Source: Eledone cirrhosa | Lineage: Eukaryota | Assembly: GCA_964016885.1 (NCBI GenBank) | Contig: OZ024764.1 | Span: 22,816,001 to 22,880,000 of the forward strand | Length of the DNA: 64,000 bases | Direction: 5' to 3' | Shown here: piece after piece, positions 23,640 through 38,143 of the stretch | Layout: each line of letters begins with the position of its first letter | Numbering within the stretch: the first letter of the stretch is position 1 | Program-made: the position numbers and the translations under genes | Notes under the pieces: generated by a model | What the model saw: only the letters and a program-made list of their open reading frames with translations | What the model was told of the DNA's origin: nothing | Database searches by the model: none

Positions 23640-26248
23640 GTGCATTCTCTCTCAAGTCATCTATGCTTGGTCGTTGATGCACATTGACATTGCACATCCA
23701 ACGGAGCATACTTGCTTCATTTTTCTCCAACCATCGCATATCCTCCACAGTTGCTGTCCATGTCTCACTACCGTGCAGCATCACACATCTCACGCAGGCA
23801 TCACAAGCCATTTGTTCTTAGAGAGAAACCCTTCTTTGTCAACAGAGGAAGCAGCTCCCTAAACTTCTTCCAACCCGTCCTTATTCTAGATACTATGGCC
23901 TCTGGGCACCCTCCTCCCATGCTAATTTGATCACCTAGATACCGGAAGCTATCAACCACTTCTATAGAACCTATCTGCATTTGAAAAATGTGTCTATCAC
24001 TGCGACTTCTACTGTCAAATTTCCCTGTACATCTACTACATATGTATTTTTCCCTACCTGTTAGTTTGCCTGCTATCCCACTACATCTCTTGTGTACCCA
24101 AAATCTGCATTGTGTACATTATAGAATTTATGCCAGTTCCTTTTCTACATATTGAACAAGGCCATTTCCCTGATGGAATGACAGTTTTGTCCTCTTTTCT
24201 ACTCATCAACACTTTAGTCTTAGCTAGGTTCACTCTCAGTCCTCTTGATTCCAACTGCTGTTGCAATAGCCAGAATTTATTCTCTAGCTCCTCTACTGAT
24301 TCTGCTATAAGAACCATATCGTCAGCATAGAGAACTTCCCATGGGCACCTAGTCTTAAACTCCTCTGTTATGACTTGGAGGACTATAATGAACAAGAGCG
24401 GGCTGAGGACCGAACCCTGATGTACTCCTGCATCTGTAATTCCTCACTAAACTCCATGCCTACCCTCCCTTTACTGACAGCACCTCTGTACATAGCTTGC
24501 ACTGTCCTCGCAAACTATTCCTCTACACCTAGTTTCCTTAGGGACCACCAGATGACAGATTGGGGTACTCTATCAAAGGCCTTCTCTAGGTCAACAAAAA
24601 CTAAGTATAGTGGTTTTCTTCTCTAAGAACCTCTCTAGTAGTTGTCTCACTAAGAAGAGGGCATCTGTTTGACTCTTTCTCTAAGTTGTGCTAGTATTCT
24701 TTCTGTCACTTTCATAACCTGATCCATCAGTTTTATACCCCTATAATTACTCCTCTCCAGAACATCCCCTTTACCTTTACCTCAATTTATGAGAATACTG
24801 CTGCACCAGTCTTTGGGGTATGACACCACCATATATAGCTTGATTAATGATACATGCAACCAGTTTAATTCCTACTTCTCTTGATGCCTTCAGCATCTCA
24901 GCAACTATCCCCAACAGTCCAGCGGACTTACCATTTTTCATTTCCTTAATTGCCTCTTGGACCCTATAGTCGTCAATCTCAATAGCTGGTCCTTCTGTCG
25001 GGTCTACTGAAGGTAGCTCCCCTCCTATTCATTCTCCACATTCATCAGTCTCTCATAATGACATTTCCAGGCCTCCTTTTTTTTGAGAATCAGTGACACG
25101 AAGTGCACCAACATCCTGATTTACACTGACACACTGCCTTGCAATGTGGATCACCGCACATCTCTGATCTCCCCATCGCAGGACATTGGCAAACCTTCTA
25201 CTCTCAGCCTCCCTGCATGTTAAGTAGACCTGACATCTAGCTTCTCTCTTTGTGGCTGTGAATCGGTCTCTACCCCTACCATTTTCCAAGCCTTTTGTCT
25301 CTAATAGCTCTATCTACCGTGCTGTTTCACCACCAGGTCACCCTCTGTCTGTTTGGAGCTCTGCTCCAGCCACAAATTTCTTCAGTAACCTGCAGTAAGT
25401 TGTCACGTAAGAAATTCCAGTTATCGTCCATGTCATAGGATTGTAAATCATCTTCTTTTTCGCCATACACATCTTGATGGGCTTCCCTAAATTTATATTT
25501 TACTGAAAGGTCTTTTAGTTTCCAGACCTTCCTTTTTCACACCTTCTTGTATGTCTCTCTTTGTCTCTTGCTTACTGAGATGTCACTAACGACTAACCTA
25601 TGTTGGGGGGTTACATTATTCCCTGGGGTATGCCTTAGTATTTGACACCATCTATCTGTTTTACTCCCTAACTAGCAAGAAGTAACTCTGTCTCATGTGC
25701 TCACCTGATTGGTAGGTTATTAGGTGGTTGGTAGGTTTCTTAAAGTGTTGCAAATGGTTAGTTCACTTGCATCACAAAATACAAGAAGCCTCACTCCTCC
25801 TTCATTTCTTGAGCCATAACCATGACCACCATGTACCCCAGTGTATCCATCCTGGAACTGTCCAACATGACTATTCAAGTCCCCTGCTATTATAACTAGG
25901 TCTCTGTCATTGTGGTTATCTCTACTTATTCCTTTTCCACATATCGAGCAGGGCTGCTTTCCTGAAGGTGTCAGGGTCTTCTCTCCTATCCATGACCACT
26001 TTAGTTTTTGGCTAAGTATATTCTCAGAACTTACCATTTCAAATTCTATATCTATAGCTGGTCATCTACATAGAGAAGTTTCCATAGACAGCCAGTCTTA
26101 AACCTCTCTGTTATGGCTTGGAGAACTATGATGAACAACAGTGGGCTAAGAACTAAACCATGATGAACTCCTACCTGTACCTTCAATTCCTCACTAAACA
26201 CACTTTACTGACAGCTTCTCACAAGCCATTCTTCTACACCTAATTTCT
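23640..26248 (-). mobile_element. Decayed RTE LINE(s), antisense in the intron
   Basis: Fragments IAGDLNSHVG..GVHGGHGYG, EEFKTRCPWEVLYADD and MLHGSETW, with many stops and frameshifts. Confidence 0.9.
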
Positions 26249-26252
26249 TTAA

Positions 26253-26457
26253 CCCTTTAGTATATAAACTGGCCATATCTGGCCAGAATTCTCTCACACC
26301 TTTCTGTTCAAACTGGCCGTAACTGGTCACTTATACTTATGTTAAGGTATTCTCAAATTAAGTAACATCAAAATCTCATAGATTTGATATTATGTGAGAT
26401 AAAGCATTTACTGCGAAAATATAATAGTAAATATAGAGTAATGTGAATACTAAAGGG
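26253..26457. mobile_element. piggyBac-type MITE
   Basis: TTAA|CCCTTTAGTAT...ATACTAAAGGG|TTAA. Copies at 40761-40968 and 58749-58956. Confidence 0.85.
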
Positions 26458-26756
26458 TTAATCTGATGTCACTCATAACTACTTTTATCAGTAAGTATAA
26501 TCTAACGTCACTAATAACTACTTTTATCAGTCAGTATAATCTAATGTCACTAATAACTACTTTTATCAGTCAGTATAATCTAATGTCACTAATAATTACT
26601 TTTATCAGTCAGTATAATCTAATGTCACTAATAACTACTTTTATCAGTCAGTTTATTCTACTGTCACTAATAATTACTTTTATCAGTCAGTTTAATCTAA
26701 TGTCACTAATAACTACTTTTTTCAGTCAGTATAATCTACTGCCACTAATAACTAAC
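26458..26756. repeat. 39-bp tandem repeat, about 7.5 copies
   Basis: Unit aatctaatgtcactaataactacttttatcagtcagt(a/t)t. Confidence 0.95.
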
Positions 26757-27507
26757 CTATGTTAGTCAGCACATTCTTCACCAAAGAAGGCCTTAGTATT
26801 TATTACAGTCCATTTATCAATATAGAAATATTCTATGAAATTTGTACTGATGTATTACAAGTTTCTGTGTATCTTATAATGTTCTTTTATTATTTCAGAA
26901 TACCAGAGGACATTGGCATTAAAGAGCACGTTACATCAGACATATCCTCAACATTAACCATTTCTAATGAAAGACACTACCCATCATTTTCAAATAATTT
27001 TGAAAACACTCAACACTTTGAAGGGATTTAGTAATATAACTAAATTTCTCAGTATTAAGCTGCTATTTGGAACATAACTTTGCACAATTTCATGAAGTTA
27101 CAATGGAAAGTTTTTAGATAAATATAAAGACTGTTATGAAAAGGATAAAACACTTTTATATCAGTTGTTTCATCAACACCATTATTTAAAGACGAAAGGA
27201 AGCTGTTATACAGAACAGATACAACCTTGTTTATATAAATCTATGGGAGAAACACTCTGAAATATTTCTTGTAAACTCAATAACACTTCTATTCTTTGCT
27301 GTCTGGAATATGTAGAAGATACAAAATAAAGCAGAAGAAATTTACACATGATTTTGTAAGATCTTCATATATTGACAAAGTTGATAGTTGATGGAACTAC
27401 AGGAGTAGAAATATTTCCATTATTACAGGAATAACTAATCAAATAAAAACCAGAAAAATTAGATTCTTCACTGTCTGGAATATGTACAAGATGATTTTAT
27501 ATGTATA

Positions 27508-28284
27508 CTAGCAGTAAAGCCCGGCGTTGCTCGGGGTCGCTCAGTAGCTGTGTTAAAGTTACAATGTTAAGTTTCTTTCTTGGCTTAAAAACTGTAGTGT
27601 CTACTGTGCAGACTTGCATGTGGTGTTTTTGATTAATATTCCCTCAACCAACAATATGCCTTATGAAGTTAAGAAAACATAACGATAACCTGAATGTTAT
27701 AACAAAAGAGGATGCTGTGGATAGAAACTGCACTGGTTATTTATTAACAAAGATCGAAAATGTAAACACTGCAACGCAGAGAAAAACATTAGCGTAACCA
27801 AATTATCAGTTATGTCTGTCTGCACGCCTATATCACCTCTCTGCACGACTGTCTGTCTGCACGCCTAACGACGAAATATTTGCTTGTTTTACGTAGTCTT
27901 TAAATAGACTTGTTTTCAAGTAAAAATATTGTTTTAAAATGCTTTTAAATGGAAATGAAGCAAAACGGAAGCTTAGTGTTCGAACTGATGAATGTGTTAA
28001 TGTCATTTTAAACGCTGAGAAAGCCAGCGTAATTTTTTACGTAAGACGCTCAATGTAAACAGAACAAAGGGAAATAACTGATCACTTACGCTCAAAAATC
28101 GATACATTATATTCGATTTCGTCACATAGGGTGGATCAATTTGAAATTTTTTTTTTCCGATGTCTTCGCTAGGGCTCAATGTACAAGTATAGCAATTTCG
28201 GTGCAATTCCGTGAGAGATTCTAAGAGGAGATGTGTGCCAAAAATCGATAGACAGACAGACAACCACAGTTTTATATATATAGA
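27508..28284 (-). mobile_element. Complete non-autonomous Helitron (family H2, 777 bp)
   Basis: Minus strand A|TC...cccgagcaacgccggg hairpin...CTAG|T with (GTCT)n near the 5' end. The exact empty site without TSD is at 60236/60237. Confidence 0.92.
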
Positions 28285-28475
28285 TTAAACTTGAAGAGAT
28301 CTACAAAACAGTTTGTATCATCTTTAAATATAAAGAAAGACCAAAGTTGATAGAAATATATCTGGAGGAATATATTTTAGGAATAATATTATAAACATAA
28401 AGAAGAAAAATATCCATATATTAAGAGAAGAAAAATATTAAAACTGTGAATTATGTGAGAAACTGAGGTCATTGA

Positions 28476-29273
<798 letters not shown>

Positions 29274-29744
29274 CTGTATCAATATCAAACTCATTACATA
29301 ATACTACAACAACAACAATTGTGTAGATCCATCATCCTTGCTAAAACTGGGGTCAACCTTGTAGGTTTTACCTAGGACAGGGATCATAAAACCAGGTTTC
29401 CATTTTTGAAGCAGTGTTTGAAGATTTTGTGTAAATTAAAGTTTTTCACATTAAACTTTGATTTATTATACTTTAACAGGTAAGATATATATTTGTATTT
29501 TTAGTAAAGGTTGGGAACTTCTGTAATTTAAACCTGCCAATAAAATGAAAACTTTTGTTGTTGCTAGTCAGACATTGGTATTAATTCTATTGTCCTGTAC
29601 ATTGTCTCAAATATCACAGATTAAACAGATTTTAACAATATCAACAGAAATCAATAACTTGTAAGCCTAATATCTAGCTTCCATTTTAACTATTTGATAT
29701 TGTTGTTCCCCTCCTGTCTCTTCAGGTCTTTTAGATTTCAACTT

Positions 29745-30445
29745 CTATCTACTGTACTATTCCATCACCAAGGCAACATTCATCTGGCTGGCAGCTTACA
29801 TCAACTACAGATCTCATCAGTGGTTCACAACAAGCTGTCTGAAAGAAACTTCCAGATATCTTCTATATCATAGCTATCAATCTCCTCCTCCTTATCATAT
29901 GTACCACTCTCACAGTCCCTCTAGATCTTATATTTAACAAGATCTTTTACTATCTCTACCCTTTTCTCTAGGTTGTCTTGTACCACTCTCACAGTCCCTA
30001 TAGATCTTATATTTAACGGGGAGATTCTTTACTGTCTCTACCCTTTTCTCTAGGTTGTCTTGTATCTCTTTTACAGTCCCTCTAGATCTTATATTTAACA
30101 GGGAGATCTTTTACTAGCCCTACCCTTTTCTCTAGGTTTTCTTTTACCTCTCTCACAATCCCTGTAGATCTTATATTTAACAGGGAGATCTTTTACTCTC
30201 GAACCCTTCTACAGATAGTCTTGTATATGTCATTCCCTCTAGATCTTACACCTCGTATCTAGTCTATGTTGAGTGGTATGTCTTTCTCCAGTAAAGGAGT
30301 TAATATTCCCAACCATCTGTCTATCCTGTTTTCTGATGAGAATGAAGTCAATCTAGTTTATCTCTTCACCTGATTGAAGTAACTAGATCAAGTAACTAGA
30401 TGGTTTCCTGTAAGTTAGTGTTGCAGTGTTTGTGTCACCATGTAA
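29745..30445 (-). mobile_element. RTE relic with 82-bp repeat (about 4 copies)
   Basis: Duplicate of 675-1530. Confidence 0.75.
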
Positions 30446-30538
30446 GGTTTATATCTATTAATATAGAGATGTAGTAAAGTTTTCACTGTTGTATCTCTAC
30501 TTTCTAAATATCTTAATAATGTTTCTCTACTATTTCAG

Positions 30539-30922
30539 AATATCACATGACCTTGACAGAAAAGAGTCCTTTAAAGACAACAGAAAGATGTTACATACAA
30601 GTGATATAAACTTGTTTAGTCTGTGGTGAATTATGGTGAAATATTTCTTCTGAATTGAGATAAATATTTTCCTTTTTCACTGTCTGGAATATTTACAAGA
30701 TGATTTTACATTCTGATTAAACTTTAGATATTTACAAAGGAGTTTTCAAAATATTTGGATATTGACAAAGATCACATTTGGTAAAAATTATGAACAATAG
30801 AAATATTTACATCAACATAGGAATATTTTCCAGAAGAGATGGGAAAATCATTATACCACTGTAATATTTGTGGTAAAGTATTCTCTCTTCTTTATATGTA
30901 GAACATCTAACTAAACACTTTA
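30539..30922 (+). pseudogene. Relic ZNF exon copy
   Basis: Duplicate of 1632-2015. Confidence 0.7.
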
Positions 30923-31029
30923 ACTAACAAACTATTGTGCTATAGAATTGACAAACTTGAGGAATGTTTAATAAATGTTACAGATTTCTCCAAACTGTCG
31001 TTTACTAACTTTAATTTGAAGCTATATTA

Positions 31030-31396
31030 TCTATATACTACTAAAACTCTGTAATTGTGTCTTGTCTGTAATTTAATACAGCTAAAACGGTGCGTAATGG
31101 GGAAATACTTTGAAAAGAATAAAACAATTTTTGTATAAATTGGAGCACAGGTTCCCAAGATTCAAGGTTTTCTGGGTACCTTCATAAATATAGGGAGAGA
31201 AAGAGATAGTGGTTGTGAGAGTGAGGAGACAAATGGAAGAGAGAGAGAGAGAGCTGGTGGTGTTGTTTAATAAAATGTGTGTGTGTATATATATATGTAC
31301 GTATGTGTATATTTTAACTATTTAAAAATTATTTTTAAATGACTTTTAAAAAATAGTTTTAAGGGAACGTGACCCAACAGGTCCCGGGTGGTCTAG
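31030..31396 (+). mobile_element. Helitron-like H1 copy
   Basis: TC...hairpin-CTAG|T. Duplicate of 2123-2483. Confidence 0.7.
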
Positions 31397-31999
31397 TTTG
31401 TTACTAAATACTAGATATTAGAGGGTCATGTTGTTCTAGATGTGCTGGAAGAGCCATTCCATCTTGTGAGGTTCACACCAGCAGCTAGCCACCTCAGCAC
31501 CTATGGTGGTATATTTATTATATTATTTATTCTTTACCATTAACATTAATATAAAAGATAATTATATATTTTTAGAGAAGAACCTCTAATTTTATATAGC
31601 TTAGGGCTTCAGTAGGTAAAAGTCTGGCCCTGCTTGTCTTGTATTTTTTAGGGGAGAAGTTAGGGAATACTGTTATTGTGTGAAAGTTTTCTAAATCTTC
31701 AGCCACTAACATGGAGAAGATATTTCAGTAAGAAGGTTCACGTCCTGACATCTATAGCTGTTAACAATGAGATTGGAATTCATTATTAAACAAATGTTAT
31801 ATCATCATCACTGTTTAACAACAGTTTTTTCACTCTGGCATAGGTTAGACGAGTTATCCTGTTGTAAGCATTGCCAGGTCAGGTGACCATGTCTGGCTCC
31901 TACAGAACAAATTTTGGATTGGTTTCTACAGCTGGATGTCCTTCCTAGCACCAACCTTATTTACATTGAGTACTGGGTGCATTTTACCATCTCACCATC

Positions 32000-32385
32000 A
32001 CGACCACTTTACAGTGTGGGCTGGGTGCTTTTTGTTGTGACACCTACATGACCACTTTAAAGTTTTGACTGGGTGCTTTTTGTCGTGACACCTACATGAC
32101 CACTTTATAGTGTGGACTGGGTACTTTTTGTTGTGACACCAACATGACCACTTTAAAGTTTTGGCTGGGTACTTTTTGTTGTCACCTACATGACCACTTT
32201 ACAGTGTGGGCTGGGTGCTTTTTGTCGTGACACCTACGCAACCGCTTTACAGTGTGGGCTGGTTTCTTTTTGTCATATCACCTACATGACCACCTTATAA
32301 TGTTGACTGTGTTCTTTGCAGTGTGGGTTGGGTGCTTTTTGTCATATCACCTACCCAACCACTTTGCAGCGTGGGCAGTGAAATA
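32000..32385. repeat. 48-bp RTE-UTR-derived tandem repeat (about 8 copies)
   Basis: Same unit as at 3091. Confidence 0.85.
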
Positions 32386-33210
32386 TCAGTAATGCACCAG
32401 CTCCAATATTCAGTAATCAGAAGAAGGGAGGTAGGCATAAAAGCCAAACTTGCTGTCTTCAATTAGGTTTTTGTGCCAACCCTTACCTATGGTCACATAT
32501 CTTGGGTAATGACCAAAAGAATATGATTGCGAATACAAGTGGCAGATATGGGATTCATCTGAAGGGTCTTTGAAGGAATGTTTCTCAATAAAGTGCATAG
32601 CTCTGAGATCAGAGAGTCACTCCAGGTGGAGCTGTTACTTCTCATAATTGAGACATCACAGCTGCAATACTATGGCCATGTGGTTAGAATGTCTGAGGAA
32701 AGAATCACTGGATAGATTTTACAGGCAAAACTAACCAGCAGGAGACCCAGGGGTAGACCTGAGCAAGATGGTCACATAACATCCATGAGCTTGGCTGGTC
32801 TCTCTGGGAGATCCAGCCAGACCAGTTGGAGTGGGTTGCTTCTGACAGGACCTGTTGGAGGGAGTGTTTGAGGACTCTGCCCCCAAGACCCTCTCTGGAA
32901 TGACTGAATTAATAAGAAGAGGTTGAGGTTACATCATCAACATCAGATTTCCCTGCTAGCAAGGGTTTAATGAGTCTACTTCAACCAAGTAAGTACTGAA
33001 GTGAGGCTACTGATCTCTAGACAGACCAAGGATCTGAGACTTATTTACATAAGGTCTCATTAGCTACTGAGTGCACAGAAAAGGTTGTCATGTTTTTGTC
33101 ATGATTGAAGGGTTCTCCAACACTATTGTCGGGCAAGCTTTCTATGGCTAGATGTCCTTCACATGACCAACCACATTACAGCCTGTGTTGGGTGTGTTTA
33201 TCATGTAGGT

Positions 33211-35238
33211 GAGGCATAACAAACTGAGGGTTCCCCAAGGGCCACATAGGTCACATGTGTTGTCTGAGGGTTGCACAGTGCAACTAATTATGTACACAAC
33301 AACTAATTAAAGTCATTTAATAAAATTTAATATAAAAAGATTTGTTACTTAAATTTAGAAACATACAATGTACATACAAATGTTTTAGCAGCATTCATGA
33401 ATACAAAGTAATGAAGTAGTTTGATAAAAAACTAAAATTTAACATGTCAACATATACTTGCAGATTGTAACAGCAACACACACATTGTACACAAATAACA
33501 ACAGTTGAAAACTGAACATTTATTTGCTACTATTCAACCATTTTTAGTGTTTTGTCCTGAGGCTTGACACTTCTTTCTGTTGACTATTTTTGGTATGTCT
33601 GGCTGAAATGTCTGTACAGTTTCAACTTTAATCAGAGATGACAAGTGTTGATCTGTCAGCCTTGTTCTCTGAGAAGTTTTTGTTAAGCTAAGTACAGACT
33701 CAGTATGGGCAGTGATTTTCAGCTCTTTGCACATAAGAAAATGAATTAAATTTTCATCTGACAACGGAGACTTCCATAAGCTAAGTTTTCTAATGAAGAA
33801 CTTGATGTCATCATACAACTGAGTGATGGGTTTGTTTTTACCTTGTAATTTCAAATTAAGGTCAGTTAATTGTGCAGTAATATCCACAAATAAAGCCAGA
33901 TGTTGGAGCCAACTTTCATCTTTTATTTCATCTGTGTTTTGACTTTTCATCTCCAAAAACATAATTATTTCAGCACTTTGTGACATGTCAACCAGCAGAC
34001 TTCTGTGTCGAATGGAACATTGGTGAACTGATTATCCATATCTTCCAACAACTGGCTGAACTGACGGTCGTTGAGAGCATGGCCTCTGATTTAGTTCACT
34101 GTCTTTGTGACCAAGCTAAGCACATGATGCAATTTTAAAATCTTTGAACATAAATTTTGCTTATGAATAATACAGTGAAAATGTGCAAATGATGAATCTA
34201 GATATGAGTTTTCTATTTTTGTTTGTAACTTGGCAGCAACACCATTATGTCTACCAACCATATTTGCAGCACTGTCAGTAGATAAACATTCAAGTTTACT
34301 CAGATCAAAACCATGCAGACCCTGCTTGACCTTCTCAAAGATGTCCTGGCTTGATATAGTGTCATGCATGGGGACCAGTTCAATCAGTTCTTCATAAATA
34401 TTAAATTCACTGTCACAGGCCCTGATGAAGAATGCAAGCTGTACTATTTCAGTGATGTCAACAGTCTCTTCAATAGCAATAGAAACATGTTCAAACCTTG
34501 ATGATACAGCCTTTAACTGTTGTTTCAGATCACCTGACATTTCATTAATCTGTTCAGCAACAGTGTTACTCGTTAATGAAATGTCTTTGAATAACTCTGC
34601 TTTCTCTGGACAATTTCAGCTGTTTTTACAAGACATTGCTTTACAAAATCTCCTTCACTGTAAGATTTCCCACTCATGGCAATCATTCAACTGAGTTCAT
34701 AGCTTGCAGTAACAGAAGTGACATCCTCTTCCTGAATTAACATAAAACAGGTCTATTGCTGTGTCAAGTTAGACTTCAATTCCTTGAGTCTTGAAACACA
34801 CATTGGGCCTTCATATTTATCGTAAGATCGAGGGTTTGTTTCATAATGTCTTTTTAAATTGTACTCTTTTGGCGTGGAGATGTAGTTGTTGCAAATTAAA
34901 CAGTGTATCTTTCTGTTCACCATTGGGCAAAAATACTGTAATTCCCACTTTTCTTGAAACACTTGCCCTTCTTCGTTCAATTTCCTTTTTCTCTTAGCTG
35001 GAGGAGCACTAACCATTTCAAAAACAAAAACTTTTGAAATTTTGAAAGAAAGTATTCTGTTAATGAGCTGCACGTGATTAATGGAAGTTAAAAGTAGTTG
35101 ACAAAATTTGCACAAAAAAAACAATTGTATCGAAAAATTTTTAAATTTTATATTACGAAAATGAAACATGCTCGCATGTAAAAACCTTTGTGTGGGCCGC
35201 AGGTTTGCTTGCCAAGGGCCGCATGTTTGACATGTCTG
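33211..35238 (-). mobile_element. hAT (Charlie/Buster-like) transposon copy
   Basis: Transposase fragments 33534-35020 and a perfect 8-bp TSD ATGTAGGT. Confidence 0.9.
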
Positions 35239-35399
35239 ATGTAGGTTACCAACACTAGGCAGGGCAGCATGTCCTTCAATGTCTTCTGCTACATTAACTA
35301 CCAGGAGGTCACCACATGACACAAAGACATTTCAAAGAAGGGTCACAAAAGAACTAAATATAAAAGTACCCACAATTCAGCAAAAAGCAAATAATTGAG

Positions 35400-35805
35400 C
35401 TTTGGGTCTGGGTCAAGGGGGCAGAAGTGCTGTGCCCTGTGGATAAGACTACAAATGTATCCCCCCCCCCTGGACGATGGACAGTGACACCCACTGCAAC
35501 AGCCACCCCAACCTCATGGGACTCCCTCTTCAGAAGGGCCACCAACGTTCTGATCTTACAGAGGAGCTTGGCAGTACGGGGTCCAAGTACTTCTGAGGTC
35601 TCGATGGTGACCGGTGTGAAGAGACCTACAATTGATGTCATCCCAGTTATGTTGGACTGTAATATACTGGGGTATAGAGAGGCCTTAACCTGTCTCAGCC
35701 GGGCCACCCAGGGTTGTGTCATCTAGGTACCAGACAGGGGTGACTAGACCATGTTGTCAACTGTCAACACCAATAGGAGTGAGGCGAGTGGGTCTCCTTG
35801 CTAGA
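35400..35805 (-). mobile_element. CRE-like fragment copy
   Basis: Duplicate of 6421-6820. Confidence 0.6.
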
Positions 35806-36058
35806 CACCATATATAAAAACGTATTTGCTAATTACTTTAGTGAATAATTTGTTTCATACGTAATTATTACTTTTAACACAATAGGATTTTGTACACGTG
35901 TTTGTTTGAAAACATCTTTCAAAGAAGTATGAGACAGTCTTTTGTAGTGTTTATTATAATAAATTACTGTATGTTGAGCTGTTTTAACTTCTCCACCTTC
36001 CATTATTTTATATTGTTTTTGTTAAAAAACGATATCTTTTTCATATATATATATATGA

Positions 36059-36272
36059 AGGCGTGTGGCTGAGTGGTTAGAGAATTGGATTCGGAATTGT
36101 GAGGTTGTGAGTTCGATTTTCAGACCGGGCGGTGCGTTATGTCCTTGAACAAGACATTTTATTTCACGTTGCTCCTTCTACCTGGAGTTGCAACCGATAG
36201 ATAGTATTAGCAATTGGAAAGACCAATGGAAACATTGTTTCCTCGGTCCGATTTGACGAAAAGTTGATCATA
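36059..36272 (+). mobile_element. tRNA-derived SINE copy
   Basis: Duplicate of 7073-7285. Confidence 0.72.
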
Positions 36273-37247
36273 AAAAATATTTAGAGAGAAAGAGAGAGAA
36301 ACACACAAACATACACTACTGTATTACATATGTAAGGGGAGATAACTCTCGTTACATCCCTCCTTCTTTTTGATATACGTACTTTAAATACTTTGTTCAA
36401 TGGAATCTGCTTTATTTTGTCCTAAGTAGATTTCTGTTTAAGTATTTACGAGATTCACAATGATTCACGTAACCAAGTTACTTACATAGAGATATATTTC
36501 ACATAGAATCACAACAAATGAAAATATTAAGTCAACACTCTGTCAATCAGTCTCACATCACATGGGGTGCTGGAGTCTCCCTCTAATACTTTCTGAGACA
36601 GTCTTACCTCGAGTGATAGCAAGGCTAAGATGTTGGAACTACCAAACACCCTCATATGTATCACCAGACACCTCGGTAAGGAGAGCTGCCAACGATAACA
36701 AGAACCTCGTTGTCAGGGACCTATCTCCTCCAAACTTCTCCAACACCACAGACTAGAATATTCTACTCTTTATTCCCTATCAAATATATTTCAGTCTAGT
36801 CATTTGTCTTGTATCTTGTATATGTATTTTCAAAACTAACTGTCACATTTGTGAGACCCCCAGTTAGTGATGTTTTCGTCTCCCTCCCACATCCTACATG
36901 CTGTAGTAAAAGTGAGGGTCACTGCTTCTGTAGACGAACGAAATAAAAGTTAAACTACCAGTAATTATCGGCAAAGTATTTATTCCAGTCTGTGATGTTT
37001 GAGAAGCTGGGCTGCTGACAACGAAGTTGTTGTCACTGTTGGCGGCTGGCTTTACCGAAGTACCCGATGCCTCTTGTGAGGGTACTTAGCTGTTTGGGTG
37101 GTTTAGCCTCCATATGACCCGATCTTACCGAGATACCCGGTAATCTCTGTCAGAGTACTTAGCTGTTCTATTTTAATTACATTTACTGTTTTCACCTTTA
37201 TTGTTTTTTAATTACAAACTTTACATAATTTAATTCGGTAAAAATAT

Positions 37248-37394
37248 TTTTACGTCCCAAAAAAACTTGACCTTTGACATTGAAGCATGCGCAGTGGTGC
37301 AGTTGTCGACTTCCTGTCCACGTGTTAGTCTTCCTACAACATTATTTAAAAAACATTTCTGTAAATACTAAACACCTGAGACTATAATGTAAGT
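37248..37394 (+). promoter_or_regulatory. Putative promoter and exon 1 of ZNF-C
   Basis: Same motif cluster, with the CRE-like site changed to TTACGTCC. Donor at 37389. Confidence 0.65.
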
Positions 37395-37925
37395 ATTATG
37401 TCTATTAATATTGTAGATTTAAGCTCACTTTTCACATCACAAATATATATTTTCTTGTTTGTTTCATTACTGGAAATATAAAATGTTATCGTAATTATCT
37501 ATATTTTACCTACCTCTAATTAATTAAAGTGAAAACTTTTGTTGTTGCTGAAAAATAAATTAACAAAACTAAATATTTAAATATTCTAAAGGTCGTTTTT
37601 ATATTATGTGATGATATAATTAATATATTTTATTACAATTGTATAAATTTACAGTAGAATAACGTTGTAAATATGTTTTAAATATATACATAAATAACAT
37701 AAGTGTGTAAATAACATTATACATTGCTGGCAATTCCTTGAGAAAGACATTACAAATATATTGTCTAAACTGTGTATAATAATATAATTTATTGAACGAT
37801 AATGATAAAGGAAAGAAAAACACAGTGGGAGATGTCAATTCACCACCAAGTGTGATAATAGGTCACACCTCACCCCTTAGGGGGTTAACTACACACTTTG
37901 AGGCAAGCCAACACACTGGCAGCAT

Positions 37926-38143
37926 TACTAAGGTGTTGAAATAACCAGGTACCCTCACGGGTATCACCTGGTACTTCGGTAAGGCGAGGCTAAGGTGTTG
38001 AAATAACCAGGTACCCTCACGGGTATCACCTGACACCTCGGTAAGGTGAGTCTAAGGGGCTGAAATAACCAGGTACCCTCACGGGTATCACCTGACACCT
38101 CAGTAAGGTGAGGCTAAGGTACTGAAATAACCAGGTACCCTCA
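37926..38143. repeat. 62-bp tandem repeat, 4 copies
   Basis: Same unit as at 18610. Confidence 0.88.
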
